A stretch of 36,113 bases of DNA from an uncultured Opitutales bacterium (GCA_964432425.1 CAYSOI010000005.1:1-36113); one strand, 5' to 3'; positions 12,235-21,089 are shown, counted from the stretch's first letter. Made by a program: numbers and translations. Notes: a model not told the origin generated them from the sequence alone.

Positions 12235-13758
12235 ATGCTCAACGCCTTTACCAATTGCCTGAAAATTCCCGAACTCCGTAATCGCATCTTTTTCACGGCT
12301 GCACTGATTTTCATTGCCCGTGTAGGTGCGAATATTCCATTACCTGGAATCAATCCACTACCTCTGCAAACCTTCATGGCAGAACAGACTGGTTCGGGGG
12401 GATCATTACTCGGGTTTTACAACATGTTCACCGGTGGTGCCTTGCTCAAAGGAGCAGTGTTTGCTCTTGGGATTATGCCATACATCAGTGCCTCCATCAT
12501 CATGCAGTTGGCAGGTGCGGTTGTTCCTTGGATTGCCAGACTTCAGCAGGAGGGAGATATCGGACGGCAAAAAATCAGCCAGTACACTCGATATCTCACC
12601 ATTATCATCTGTTTGATCCAGTCCCTCCTTCTTCTCATGGCGTTGAGTAACAACCCGGGAAGCCTGATTGGACAAAGTGAGAATTTCATCCAGCAGTACG
12701 GGCGGATTGTCGTTGCAGACAGTCATATCTGGTTTCTTCTTCGCTCCATGATTTTCCTCACCACCGGAACCGTGATTCTTATGTGGTTGGGGGAGCAAAT
12801 CACACAACGGGGCATTGGTAACGGTATTTCCCTTTTGATTACCATTGGTATCATTGCTGACTTACCAAACGCCTGCATCACTTTCTACCGTCACTTTTTT
12901 GGACAAAACACTTTCTCCAACCTTGCCGTCTGGCCACAGGTGATCGGGATGCTTGCCCTTCTCCTTATCGTGACAATGGGGATTGTCGCCATGACTCAGG
13001 CCGTCCGGAAGATTCCAATCCAGTACGCCAAGAGAGTTGTGGGCCGTAAGGTCTACAGTGGCCAAAGCTCCTTCCTGCCCTTGAAGATCAACTACTCTGG
13101 TGTGATGCCGGTCATTTTTGCCAGTGCGATCCTGATGTTTCCTCAGCAGATCTTCCAGCAACTGTACAGCTGGCTGGAGTATGACATTTTCCAAACCATG
13201 GCCAATTTCCTCCAACGTGGAGGTTGGTTTTACTACCTCACTTACGGAGGTTTGATCCTACTCTTCAGCTATTTCTGGGTATCCATCATGTTCAAGCCTG
13301 TACAGATTGCAGATGACTTGAAAAAGAACGGTGGTTACATTCCTGGCATACGTCCTGGAACTCCCACTGCAGAGTACCTCGATTTTGTCATGACCCGCCT
13401 GACTTTTGCCGGTGCCATCTTTTTGACCACCGTGGCTGTCTTTCCGGACCTTATTCTTAGCTTGGCCAACATTCCCTATATCGTCGCAACCTTCTTTGGC
13501 GGCACAGGAATGTTGATCACAGTAGGTGTGATGTTGGATACCATGCGTCAGGTGGAGACTCACCTGCTGCAACGTCACTATGATGGATTCCTGAAAAAGG
13601 GAAGACTCCGTGGTCGAAGCCAGTCCCGCATGAGCCAATCCATTGACACCGATCAAATTGCTGAAACACTTCAACACTGGAAACCACTGCTTTTTGCTTC
13701 TGTAGCACTCTTCGCTCTTGGGATTATTGCCTTTTTTTTCAATATGGGCCATTCCTGA
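12235..13758 (+). CDS. secY: Preprotein translocase subunit SecY with about 47-aa C-terminal extension
   Basis: 507-aa polytopic ORF with motifs ELRNRI.FT...I..R.G..IP.PGI, LGIMPYISASII.QL, WLGEQIT.RGIGNGISL and GGTG.LI.VGV..DT. Canonical position after rplO. Confidence 0.96.
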   Translation: MLNAFTNCLKIPELRNRIFFTAALIFIARVGANIPLPGINPLPLQTFMAEQTGSGGSLLGFYNMFTGGALLKGAVFALGIMPYISASIIMQLAGAVVPWIARLQQEGDIGRQKISQYTRYLTIIICLIQSLLLLMALSNNPGSLIGQSENFIQQYGRIVVADSHIWFLLRSMIFLTTGTVILMWLGEQITQRGIGNGISLLITIGIIADLPNACITFYRHFFGQNTFSNLAVWPQVIGMLALLLIVTMGIVAMTQAVRKIPIQYAKRVVGRKVYSGQSSFLPLKINYSGVMPVIFASAILMFPQQIFQQLYSWLEYDIFQTMANFLQRGGWFYYLTYGGLILLFSYFWVSIMFKPVQIADDLKKNGGYIPGIRPGTPTAEYLDFVMTRLTFAGAIFLTTVAVFPDLILSLANIPYIVATFFGGTGMLITVGVMLDTMRQVETHLLQRHYDGFLKKGRLRGRSQSRMSQSIDTDQIAETLQHWKPLLFASVALFALGIIAFFFNMGHS

Positions 13759-13840
13759 ACGTAGATTAAGTCCTATTTCCAGACTTTGGTGGTGAAGGAA
13801 TCAGCATTTGGCATTTTGTTATTACTCATTTGCAAATAAC

Positions 13841-14614
13841 ATGCCCAAAGTAATTGTCAGAGGTCGCAAGGAAATCGACTACATACGCGAAGCCTGCCAA
13901 GTCGCCGCAGAAGTTCTGCAGCACATGGCACAACAAGTTGCTCCCGGTGTCTCGACCCAGGACTTGGATCAAGCTGCGAAGTTCAAAATGGATGAGTTGG
14001 GAGCCGAAAGTGCCTGTTATCATTATCGCAGTGGTTCCAAAGTCTTTCCTTCCTACACATGCATCTCTATCAATTCAGAAGTTGTTCATGGAGTAGCCAG
14101 CCAACATCGTGCCGTAAAGGAAGGCGATATTGTCTCTCTGGACGTGGTTGTGCGTTATAATGGCTACATTGGTGACAATGCCCGCACAGTCTTGCTTGAA
14201 CCGGTTTCTGAAGATGCGAGGTTTCTGGTGGAGACGACCAAAGAATCCTTAGCTATCGGTATTGCTCAGGCCCGGCCTGGGAATCGGGTAGGGAGTATAT
14301 CCAATGCGATTCAACGCTACATTGAGGATCGAAACTTGAGCGTAGTCCGTAATTTTGTGGGCCATGGAGTGGGGAAAGACATGCATGAAGAGCCACAAAT
14401 TCCCAACTACGGACGGAAAACAGATGGTCCCAGATTACGAGCGGGAATGACCCTTGCCATCGAGCCGATGGTCAACTTTGGCTCTCATGAAGTCGACGTC
14501 TTACCAGATGGTTGGACAGCCGTGACCAAGGACGGCAGTCTCTCTGCTCACTTCGAGCACACGGTCCTGATTACCAACACAAAACCAGAAATTTTAACTT
14601 TTTGCAAAATTTAG
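13841..14614 (+). CDS. map: Methionine aminopeptidase, type I
   Basis: The ORF track begins at TTG 13808. The ATG at 13841 (MPKVIVRGRKEIDYIREAC...) fits the MetAP N-terminus. Metal-ligand context: SLDVVV..NGY.GD...T, GHG.G...HE.P, LAIEPM, HFEHT. Confidence 0.93.
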   Translation: MPKVIVRGRKEIDYIREACQVAAEVLQHMAQQVAPGVSTQDLDQAAKFKMDELGAESACYHYRSGSKVFPSYTCISINSEVVHGVASQHRAVKEGDIVSLDVVVRYNGYIGDNARTVLLEPVSEDARFLVETTKESLAIGIAQARPGNRVGSISNAIQRYIEDRNLSVVRNFVGHGVGKDMHEEPQIPNYGRKTDGPRLRAGMTLAIEPMVNFGSHEVDVLPDGWTAVTKDGSLSAHFEHTVLITNTKPEILTFCKI

Positions 14615-14686
14615 CTTTCCAAGTGGGGATCAATTCGTATCTTCCCCCTTCTTTTTTCGAAATTCAACCCCCCAAATACACCTCAA

Positions 14687-15082
14687 ATGGCACGTTTTCT
14701 AGGAGTAGAAATTCCCAACAATAAAAAGCTGGAGTACGGTTTACGTTATGTCTACGGCATCGGTCCGCACCGTGCTAAAATTGTCGTAGAAGAATCTGGC
14801 ATCGATCCTAACACACGCATTCGTGAGTTGTCCGAGGAGCAGTTGAATCAACTGGCTACGCTGATTACAGAGCGTGGTGGTGAAGATTCGGATGAAGATC
14901 CATGGTTGGTAGAAGGTGATCTGCGCCGTCAGGTTGCTGGAGACCTCAAGCGTCTTCAAGCGATCAAATCTTACCGCGGCCTTCGCCATCAACGTGGATT
15001 GCCCGTTCGTGGCCAACGCACTAGCACCAATGCCCGTACCCGCAAGGGGCTCAAGAAAACGATTGGTGTTCTCCGCAAGTAA
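14687..15082 (+). CDS. rpsM: 30S ribosomal protein uS13
   Basis: 131-aa ORF, MARFLGVEIPN.K.....L.YVYGIG...A........, VEGDLRR.....IKRL..I.SYRGLRH.RGLPVRGQRT.TNARTRKG. Confidence 0.96.
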   Translation: MARFLGVEIPNNKKLEYGLRYVYGIGPHRAKIVVEESGIDPNTRIRELSEEQLNQLATLITERGGEDSDEDPWLVEGDLRRQVAGDLKRLQAIKSYRGLRHQRGLPVRGQRTSTNARTRKGLKKTIGVLRK

Positions 15083-15163
15083 AGGGTAAGCGCCACATAA
15101 CTTTTAATAACGATGGAGGCCGTGACGCCTTCAGCCTGACTTTTATTTCATCCTCTTTATCAT

Positions 15164-15883
15164 ATGAACGAAGAAAACGAATCAACACCGTCTCCAGAAG
15201 AGAACGAGGCGGCCTCTGAGCCACAAGAAGAAACCAGCACACCTGAACCGGAAGCTGAAGCTCCTGCTGCCGAAGAGCCCAAGGCTGAAGAGCCTAAAGC
15301 TGAGGAACCCAAAGAGGAAGAGGTGAAAGCTGAAGCGGAGGAAGCTCCTGTTGCTGAAAAGCCAAAAGAGGATGTAAAGAAGGCCGAAGAGCCCAAAGCT
15401 GAGGAGGCTCCTAAAGCCGAAGAAGCCGCGGAAGAGCAAGCAGAAGAAAAGCCTGCCAAAAAAGAGGAAACGGCAGAAGATCTTCTCAAAAGTGAGCTGG
15501 CTGAAGTAAAGATTCGTCGTGCCAAAGGTAGTAAAAATATTACCCACGGCATCGTGAACATCATGGCGACTTTTAATAATACCAAGGTCAACATCACTGA
15601 CATGAAGGGGAACACCATCTCTTGGTCCAGTTCCGGTAAATGTAATTTCCGGGGTTCCCGTAAGTCCACCGCCTATGCCGCTCAGGTTGTTACTATGGAT
15701 GCAGGACGTGTAGCCATGTCCCACGGCCTGAAGGAAGTCGTCGTTAAAGTTTGTGGGCCTGGAATGGGCCGCGACTCCGCCGTTCGAGCACTACAGTCAC
15801 TCGGACTTACCATCAACTCCATAGTTGACGTTACTCCTGTACCTCACAACGGGTGCCGTCCTCCCAAACGCCGTCGCGTTTAA
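15164..15883 (+). CDS. rpsK: 30S ribosomal protein uS11 with about 116-aa acidic N-terminal extension
   Basis: The C-terminal ~123 aa ([21 protein letters not shown]...W.S.G...[12 protein letters not shown]......[17 protein letters not shown]) are canonical S11. The only in-frame ATG upstream of the core is 15164. Confidence 0.9.
   Translation: MNEENESTPSPEENEAASEPQEETSTPEPEAEAPAAEEPKAEEPKAEEPKEEEVKAEAEEAPVAEKPKEDVKKAEEPKAEEAPKAEEAAEEQAEEKPAKKEETAEDLLKSELAEVKIRRAKGSKNITHGIVNIMATFNNTKVNITDMKGNTISWSSSGKCNFRGSRKSTAYAAQVVTMDAGRVAMSHGLKEVVVKVCGPGMGRDSAVRALQSLGLTINSIVDVTPVPHNGCRPPKRRRV
15272..15316 (+). repeat. Imperfect 15-nt tandem repeat x3 encoding EEPKA units inside the rpsK extension
   Basis: gaagagcccaaggct / gaagagcctaaagct / gaggaacccaaagag read directly from the sequence. 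More degenerate copies follow (e.g. [14 protein letters not shown] around 15385-15425). Confidence 0.75.
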
Positions 15884-15930
15884 GATTCCCTCCTTATTCG
15901 ATTTTATACACACTCAACTTATTTTAAATC

Positions 15931-16539
15931 ATGGCACGTTACACAGGCCCAACCACTCGTATCAATCGTCGCTTCAGCATGGCGATCTTCCCGCCAAACA
16001 AAGCGTTTGAACGCAAGAAGTACCTTCCCGGTCAGCATGGACCTCGCCATCGCCGCAAAATCAGTGAATACGGAGCTGGACTGAACGAAAAGCAAAAGCT
16101 TCGGTACATGTACGGCCTCACTGAAAAGCAATTCCGGATCACCTTCGAGAAAGCGAAGAGCCAACGTGGAGTTACCGGTGAAATCTTTCTCTGCAAATTG
16201 GAATGCCGCCTGGACAACGCAGTGTACCGTCTGGGCTTTGGCAAGACTCGTTCGGCAGCACGTCAATTTGTTGGCCACGGTCACATTCGTGTCAACGGAC
16301 AAAAAGTGGACATCCCCAGCTTCCAGGTGAATCCTGGTGATGTCATCGAAGTTCGTGAAAAGACATCCTCCCGTCAGTTGGCAACTCGTTCACTTGAGGA
16401 AAGCACTGCGCGGATTCTGCCATCCTGGTTGAACCTCGACCCTGATGGTCTCCGAGGAACTGTATCTCGTCTTCCGGAACGTGAAGAAATGGAACAAGGC
16501 ATCAACGAGCAGTTGATTGTGGAGTTTTACAGCCGCTAA
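15931..16539 (+). CDS. rpsD: 30S ribosomal protein uS4
   Basis: 202-aa ORF, MARYTGP..R..RR........, PGQHG.R.RRK.SEYG..L.EKQKLR..YG, with an S4 RNA-binding domain (RLDN.VYRLGF..TR..ARQ.V.HGHI.VNG). Confidence 0.97.
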   Translation: MARYTGPTTRINRRFSMAIFPPNKAFERKKYLPGQHGPRHRRKISEYGAGLNEKQKLRYMYGLTEKQFRITFEKAKSQRGVTGEIFLCKLECRLDNAVYRLGFGKTRSAARQFVGHGHIRVNGQKVDIPSFQVNPGDVIEVREKTSSRQLATRSLEESTARILPSWLNLDPDGLRGTVSRLPEREEMEQGINEQLIVEFYSR

Positions 16540-16619
16540 GAATACTCGCTTTGGCTTAAGATTCCAAAGCCCTCCCTTCATTTTTCTAATTATTAACTTT
16601 TCCACCCACCCATCGCATC

Positions 16620-17624
16620 ATGTCAAAAAGAGTCGGCAAATTTGAACTTCCCAATCGTCTCATCAAGGTTGAAGAGACCGCATCAAACACATATGCCCGT
16701 TTTGAGGCTGAGCCATTTGAGTCCGGTTATGGACATACCATCGGCAACTCACTGCGTCGCATTCTTTTGAGTTCGATTGATGGAGCCGCCATATCTTCTT
16801 TCAAAATGGATGGCATTCAGCACGAATTCCAAAGTGTTGAAAATATTGTTGAAGACGTCACCGACATCGTTCTGAACCTGAAGAAGGTACTGATTACGGC
16901 TCATACCCGTGAGACGGTGACTTTGATTCTGGATGTCGAAAAAGACGGAATCGTCACTGCAGGTGATATCTCTCCGGTTGCTGACATCGAAATCATCAAT
17001 CCTGACCAACCTATTCTTACCGTAGACAAAACACAGCGTCTCTATGCAGAACTTGAAGTGTCTGTGGGTCGTGGTTTCAGTGTTGCTGAAGACAACAAAA
17101 AGGAAGACCAGGCGATTGGCGTGATTGCAATCGATTCCCTTTACAGCCCCGTTACTCGTGTTCAGTACACCGTGGAAAACACCCGTGTTGGGAAGATTAC
17201 GGATTACGACAAACTGATTCTTGAAATTTGGACCGATGGTCGTGTGACTCCAGACGATGCTTTGAAGGAAGCTACACAAATCCTGCGTCATCACCTGGAT
17301 GTCTTCGATGAAGTCTCGGTCGTTGATATCGAGTTTGAGAACGAAGTCCGCGAAGTCAGTGAAGAGCAGAACCGCCTCCGCAACCTGCTGAACATGAGTG
17401 TCAACGAAATTGAACTCTCTGTTCGTGCTGCCAACTGCCTTAATAATGCGAACATCACTACAGTTGGTGAGCTGGCTCTCAAGTCTGAGAACGAAATGCT
17501 CAAGTACCGTAACTTCGGTAAAAAATCTCTTAACGAAATCAAAGCCAAGCTGGAACAACTCGGTCTGTCTCTCGGCATGAAAATTGACGAACGCCTTCTG
17601 GAGCCAGTCACCCGCGAAGCTTAA
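16620..17624 (+). CDS. rpoA: DNA-directed RNA polymerase alpha subunit
   Basis: 334-aa ORF, PFE.GYGHT.GN.LRRILLSS..G.A....., C-terminal domain with ELSVRAANCL....I..VGEL......E.L...NFGKKSL.EI. Confidence 0.97.
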   Translation: MSKRVGKFELPNRLIKVEETASNTYARFEAEPFESGYGHTIGNSLRRILLSSIDGAAISSFKMDGIQHEFQSVENIVEDVTDIVLNLKKVLITAHTRETVTLILDVEKDGIVTAGDISPVADIEIINPDQPILTVDKTQRLYAELEVSVGRGFSVAEDNKKEDQAIGVIAIDSLYSPVTRVQYTVENTRVGKITDYDKLILEIWTDGRVTPDDALKEATQILRHHLDVFDEVSVVDIEFENEVREVSEEQNRLRNLLNMSVNEIELSVRAANCLNNANITTVGELALKSENEMLKYRNFGKKSLNEIKAKLEQLGLSLGMKIDERLLEPVTREA

Positions 17625-17662
17625 TCTCCTTTTAACCACCACCTCAAAACCGGACATTTTCA

Positions 17663-18391
17663 ATGCGCCACGCAAAACACAGACACCAACTTGGACGCAA
17701 AAAAGAGCACCGTCAGGCTCTTATGGCGAACATGGCTGTTGCAATCATCCTCAACAAGCGGATCAAAACAACCCAAGCCAAAGCCAAAGCCCTACGTCCT
17801 TTTATTGAAAAGATCATCACCTTGGCAAAGAAAGCCCATGCCACCGATGACAAGCTGCGCAAGCACCACTATCGTAAGCTGGCTCTTAGAAAGGTTCGTG
17901 ACATTCGCGCCATCAACCGTCTTTTCAATGATCTTGCCGAGCAGTTTGCAAACCGTGATGGCGGATATACCCGGATTTATAAGTTGATACCTCGTAAGGG
18001 CGATGCGGCAGACATGGCACTGATCGAAATGATCGACGCCGATGACGAAGGCTATTCCAAGCGTAAGTCCAAACCTGCTGCGAAGAAGGCGGCCAAAGAA
18101 GAAACAGAAGCTGCCCCAGTGGAAGCGACAGAAGAAGTCGCCGCCGAAGCGGAAGCTCCTGAAGTTGCCGAAGAGTCTGCTCCCGAAGCTGAAGCCACCT
18201 CTGAGGAAGCCGAAGATGCGAAGGAAGAGGAATCTGCTGCACCTGAAGCCGCTGCCGAAGAGCCTGCTGCTGAGGAAGAATCTGCTGACGAATCCTCTGA
18301 AGCCGCTGCTGAAGAAGCTGCACCGGAACCAGAAGCCTCTGCGGACGCTGAACCTGCTGCTGAAGAAGACTCCCAAAAAGAAGAAAAGTAA
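17663..18391 (+). CDS. rplQ: 50S ribosomal protein bL17 with about 115-aa acidic Ala/Glu-rich C-terminal tail
   Basis: N-terminal ~125 aa (MRHAKHRHQLGRKKEHRQALM.NMA..II....I.TT..KAKALRPF.EK.ITLAK..., GGYTRI.KL..RKGD.A.MALIE) match L17. The rest is A/E/P/S low complexity. Confidence 0.92.
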   Translation: MRHAKHRHQLGRKKEHRQALMANMAVAIILNKRIKTTQAKAKALRPFIEKIITLAKKAHATDDKLRKHHYRKLALRKVRDIRAINRLFNDLAEQFANRDGGYTRIYKLIPRKGDAADMALIEMIDADDEGYSKRKSKPAAKKAAKEETEAAPVEATEEVAAEAEAPEVAEESAPEAEATSEEAEDAKEEESAAPEAAAEEPAAEEESADESSEAAAEEAAPEPEASADAEPAAEEDSQKEEK

Positions 18392-18476
18392 GTTAAGGCT
18401 TGGGAGAATTTCCCATTAGAATTTCCTCCGAGCCCTTTCACCTTCCAACCTTTTTCTTTACCCCGATTCTTTTACT

Positions 18477-18704
18477 GTGCTGACAATCGGTTGGATTTAC
18501 TTCCTGACTTTTTGCGGCGTTGGTGTGCTAATCGGATTACTCTTTCTTTATTACGACCGACAGGATGATGCCTTTTATCAACGGGGGCGGAATCGACATT
18601 TGTTTTATTGCATTAAGTGCGGAAATTTATTCAGCGGAGGCCGGGATGAGAAGCAAAGTGACTGCCCCGAGTGTGGTCATACCAATCTACGCCTCCATTT
18701 TTAA
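18477..18704 (+). CDS. Hypothetical small membrane-anchored zinc-ribbon protein (75 aa)
   Basis: GTG-initiated ORF. It has an N-terminal hydrophobic helix (TIGWIYFLTFCGVGVLIGLLFLYY) followed by CIKCG-x15-CPECG (two CxxC pairs). It fills the rplQ-guaA gap on the same strand. I recognise no family, and the start codon is uncertain. Confidence 0.5.
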   Translation: MLTIGWIYFLTFCGVGVLIGLLFLYYDRQDDAFYQRGRNRHLFYCIKCGNLFSGGRDEKQSDCPECGHTNLRLHF

Positions 18705-18730
18705 TCACTAATATTTAAAAGATAAGAGAT

Positions 18731-20269
18731 ATGGGATTGATCGCGGTACTGGACTTTGGCTCTCAATACACTCAAGTGATCGCAAGACGCATCCGTGAGT
18801 CTGAAGTCTACACACGCATCTACCCATACGGTACACCCGCTGAGAAGTTAAAGGAAGAAGGTGTCTCAGGAGTCATTCTTTCCGGTGGTCCTTCCAGCGT
18901 ACTAGCCGATAACTCCCCGCGTCCTGACCCAGAAGTATTTGAATTGGGGGTGCCCGTTCTAGGCATTTGCTATGGTTTGCAATTGATGGCTCATATGCTG
19001 GGTGGCCGGGTGGCCAGTAGTGACCATCGTGAATATGGCCGGGGTACCCTGCGTGTGGAGGTTCATGACTGCGCTTTGCTGGATGGCATCCCGGCAAGTA
19101 CACGGGTTTGGAATTCTCACGGTGACCGTCTGGAGGAATTGCCTGTGGGGTTTGAGCGTACGGCAGCGACGGAGAATTCCAGCTGCGCCGTGATTGAGGA
19201 TAAGGACCGACATTTCTACGGCCTTCAATTTCACCCTGAAGTCGTCCACACGGATCATGGTCGGGAAATTCTCGACAACTTTCTCTTCAAGGTCTGCCAG
19301 TGTGAACGAAACTGGACGATGTCCGGCTACATTGACAAAGCCATTCATGAGATTCGGGAAAAGGTGGGGGATGCTCACGTCATACTTGGCTTGAGTGGTG
19401 GAGTGGATTCTTCGGTCACGGCTGCACTTCTGCATCGTGCCATTGGGGATCAGCTTACCTGTGTCTTTGTGGACAATGGATTGCTTCGCAAGAATGAGCG
19501 GGAGCGGGTTGAAAAACTTTATGGCGACCACTTTCATCTCAACCTGAAAGTCGCCGATGCCCGGGACCAGTTCCTGGATGCTTTGGCGGGAGTGACGGAT
19601 CCAGAGCAGAAAAGAAAGATTATTGGCCGAGTCTTTATCGAAGTCTTTGAGTCCGCAATTGAAGAGTTGGGAGATGTACAATTTTTGGGGCAGGGAACTT
19701 TGTATCCGGATGTAATCGAAAGTGTAAATATTGAGGGAAATCCCTCCGCTGTGATTAAGAGCCATCACAATGTTGGCGGTTTGCCGGAACGGATGAACCT
19801 CAAGCTGATCGAACCCCTCCGGGAACTGTTCAAGGATGAGGTCCGTGCCTTGGGGGCTGAATTAGGCTTGGCCAAGGAAGTGCTGTGGCGTCAACCTTTC
19901 CCTGGTCCTGGACTCGGAGTCCGGGTTATTGGTGAGATCACCGCTGAGAACCTGGCCGTGCTTCGTGAAGCGGATGCCATTTTGGAAGAAGAGATGTATC
20001 GTGCGGATCTTTACTACAACTTGTGGCAAAGTTTCTGTGTCTTCCTACCCGTTCGTACGGTTGGTGTCATGGGTGATGAGCGGACTTATGACAACGTGAT
20101 TGCTCTTCGTCTGGTTGAGAGTGTGGATGCGATGACGGCGGATTGGGCTCATGTGCCTCATGACATTCTGCAGATTGTATCCACTCGGATCATCAATGAG
20201 GTCAAGGGCATCAACCGCGTCGTTCTCGATATCAGTTCCAAGCCTCCGGCCACCATCGAATGGGAATGA
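18731..20269 (+). CDS. guaA: GMP synthase (glutamine-hydrolysing)
   Basis: 512-aa ORF with a GATase1 domain (LGICYG.Q.M, FHPEV.HT), the ATP-PPase P-loop SGGVDSSV, and the C-terminal motif KPPATIEWE. Confidence 0.97.
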   Translation: MGLIAVLDFGSQYTQVIARRIRESEVYTRIYPYGTPAEKLKEEGVSGVILSGGPSSVLADNSPRPDPEVFELGVPVLGICYGLQLMAHMLGGRVASSDHREYGRGTLRVEVHDCALLDGIPASTRVWNSHGDRLEELPVGFERTAATENSSCAVIEDKDRHFYGLQFHPEVVHTDHGREILDNFLFKVCQCERNWTMSGYIDKAIHEIREKVGDAHVILGLSGGVDSSVTAALLHRAIGDQLTCVFVDNGLLRKNERERVEKLYGDHFHLNLKVADARDQFLDALAGVTDPEQKRKIIGRVFIEVFESAIEELGDVQFLGQGTLYPDVIESVNIEGNPSAVIKSHHNVGGLPERMNLKLIEPLRELFKDEVRALGAELGLAKEVLWRQPFPGPGLGVRVIGEITAENLAVLREADAILEEEMYRADLYYNLWQSFCVFLPVRTVGVMGDERTYDNVIALRLVESVDAMTADWAHVPHDILQIVSTRIINEVKGINRVVLDISSKPPATIEWE

Positions 20270-20336
20270 TCTCCTTGAGGCCGGATTTTACGGAATCGGG
20301 TAGACTCTTTGGTCAAGTTTCCTTTCATTGTTTTTG

Positions 20337-21089
20337 ATGTTCTTAAGTTTTGGTAGAAGTTTGGTTGGGCTCTGGATTCTCTGTTGGGGGATATCTTCTG
20401 CCGCAGCTCAACAGAAGGGTGCGAATCCCATCGCCGACCCGGAGCAGATTATAGAGCTTGCCCGAAAGTATTATGGTGCAGCAGAGGCGTTGGACTCAGT
20501 CGAAACCATTTACTATGAGGGAGAAGTTTTGGATCCCAAAGGGGAAGCGAGAAACGGATTGTTCCGGTTATTTCTCAAAAAACCTTTTTTCCAAAGAATG
20601 GAGCTACAGTTAGGGAATGTGGTCACGATTAATTGCACCAATGGTACGGAAGGGTACCGTTTACAGGTGAATAAGAAAACCGGAGCCAAGAAGTTGAGCA
20701 TTTTGCCACCCATCCGAGTGGAAACGTTGATCATCAGTAGCTTGGAAAACCTGAATTTTCTTCGTGAAACGAAGCATCGTCGACGGGATGTTCGGTATGT
20801 TGATAAAGTGGATTTTCAAGGGCAGACTTGCTACAAGCTGGAGTTTCGTTACTCGGAGAACTTGAAGTATGAACGCCTGATCAATGCCCAAACTGGCCGT
20901 GTCATGCAGGTTGTCGACCACCGTGGCGTAAGCATGTACAACCGGGGGGAGATCTTTTCGGAAGGCGTTCGTTTTACAAAGATTGTGGAGTCCTATCGGG
21001 ATAACCAACACCTCAATACACTTCAGTTCAACCTTGTGCTACTGAATAAACCCATCCACGAATCATTCTTTGATTTTCCAGATTTGTGA
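20337..21089 (+). CDS. Hypothetical secreted protein, possibly with a LolA-like lipoprotein-sorting fold
   Basis: N-terminal signal peptide (LVGLWILCWGISSAAAQQ). The rest is soluble and looks beta-rich. The LolA-like suggestion rests only on general sequence pattern. ATG 20337 is preferred over TTG 20328. Confidence 0.6.
   Translation: MFLSFGRSLVGLWILCWGISSAAAQQKGANPIADPEQIIELARKYYGAAEALDSVETIYYEGEVLDPKGEARNGLFRLFLKKPFFQRMELQLGNVVTINCTNGTEGYRLQVNKKTGAKKLSILPPIRVETLIISSLENLNFLRETKHRRRDVRYVDKVDFQGQTCYKLEFRYSENLKYERLINAQTGRVMQVVDHRGVSMYNRGEIFSEGVRFTKIVESYRDNQHLNTLQFNLVLLNKPIHESFFDFPDL

Noticed and set aside
15160-15724. Overlapping minus-strand ORFs (169 and 180 aa) under the rpsK extension, and four extra ORFs in other frames or on the other strand across 17792-18441 under the rplQ tail.
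   Set aside because: The GAA/GAG/GCT/CCT-rich low-complexity DNA lacks stop codons in most frames. Only the S11 and L17 frames are contiguous with conserved domains.
16549-16569. Hairpin ctttgg-cttaagatt-ccaaag between rpsD and rpoA as a possible attenuator.
   Set aside because: It has only a 6-bp stem with A/T-rich pairs and no U-tract, which is well within chance expectation.
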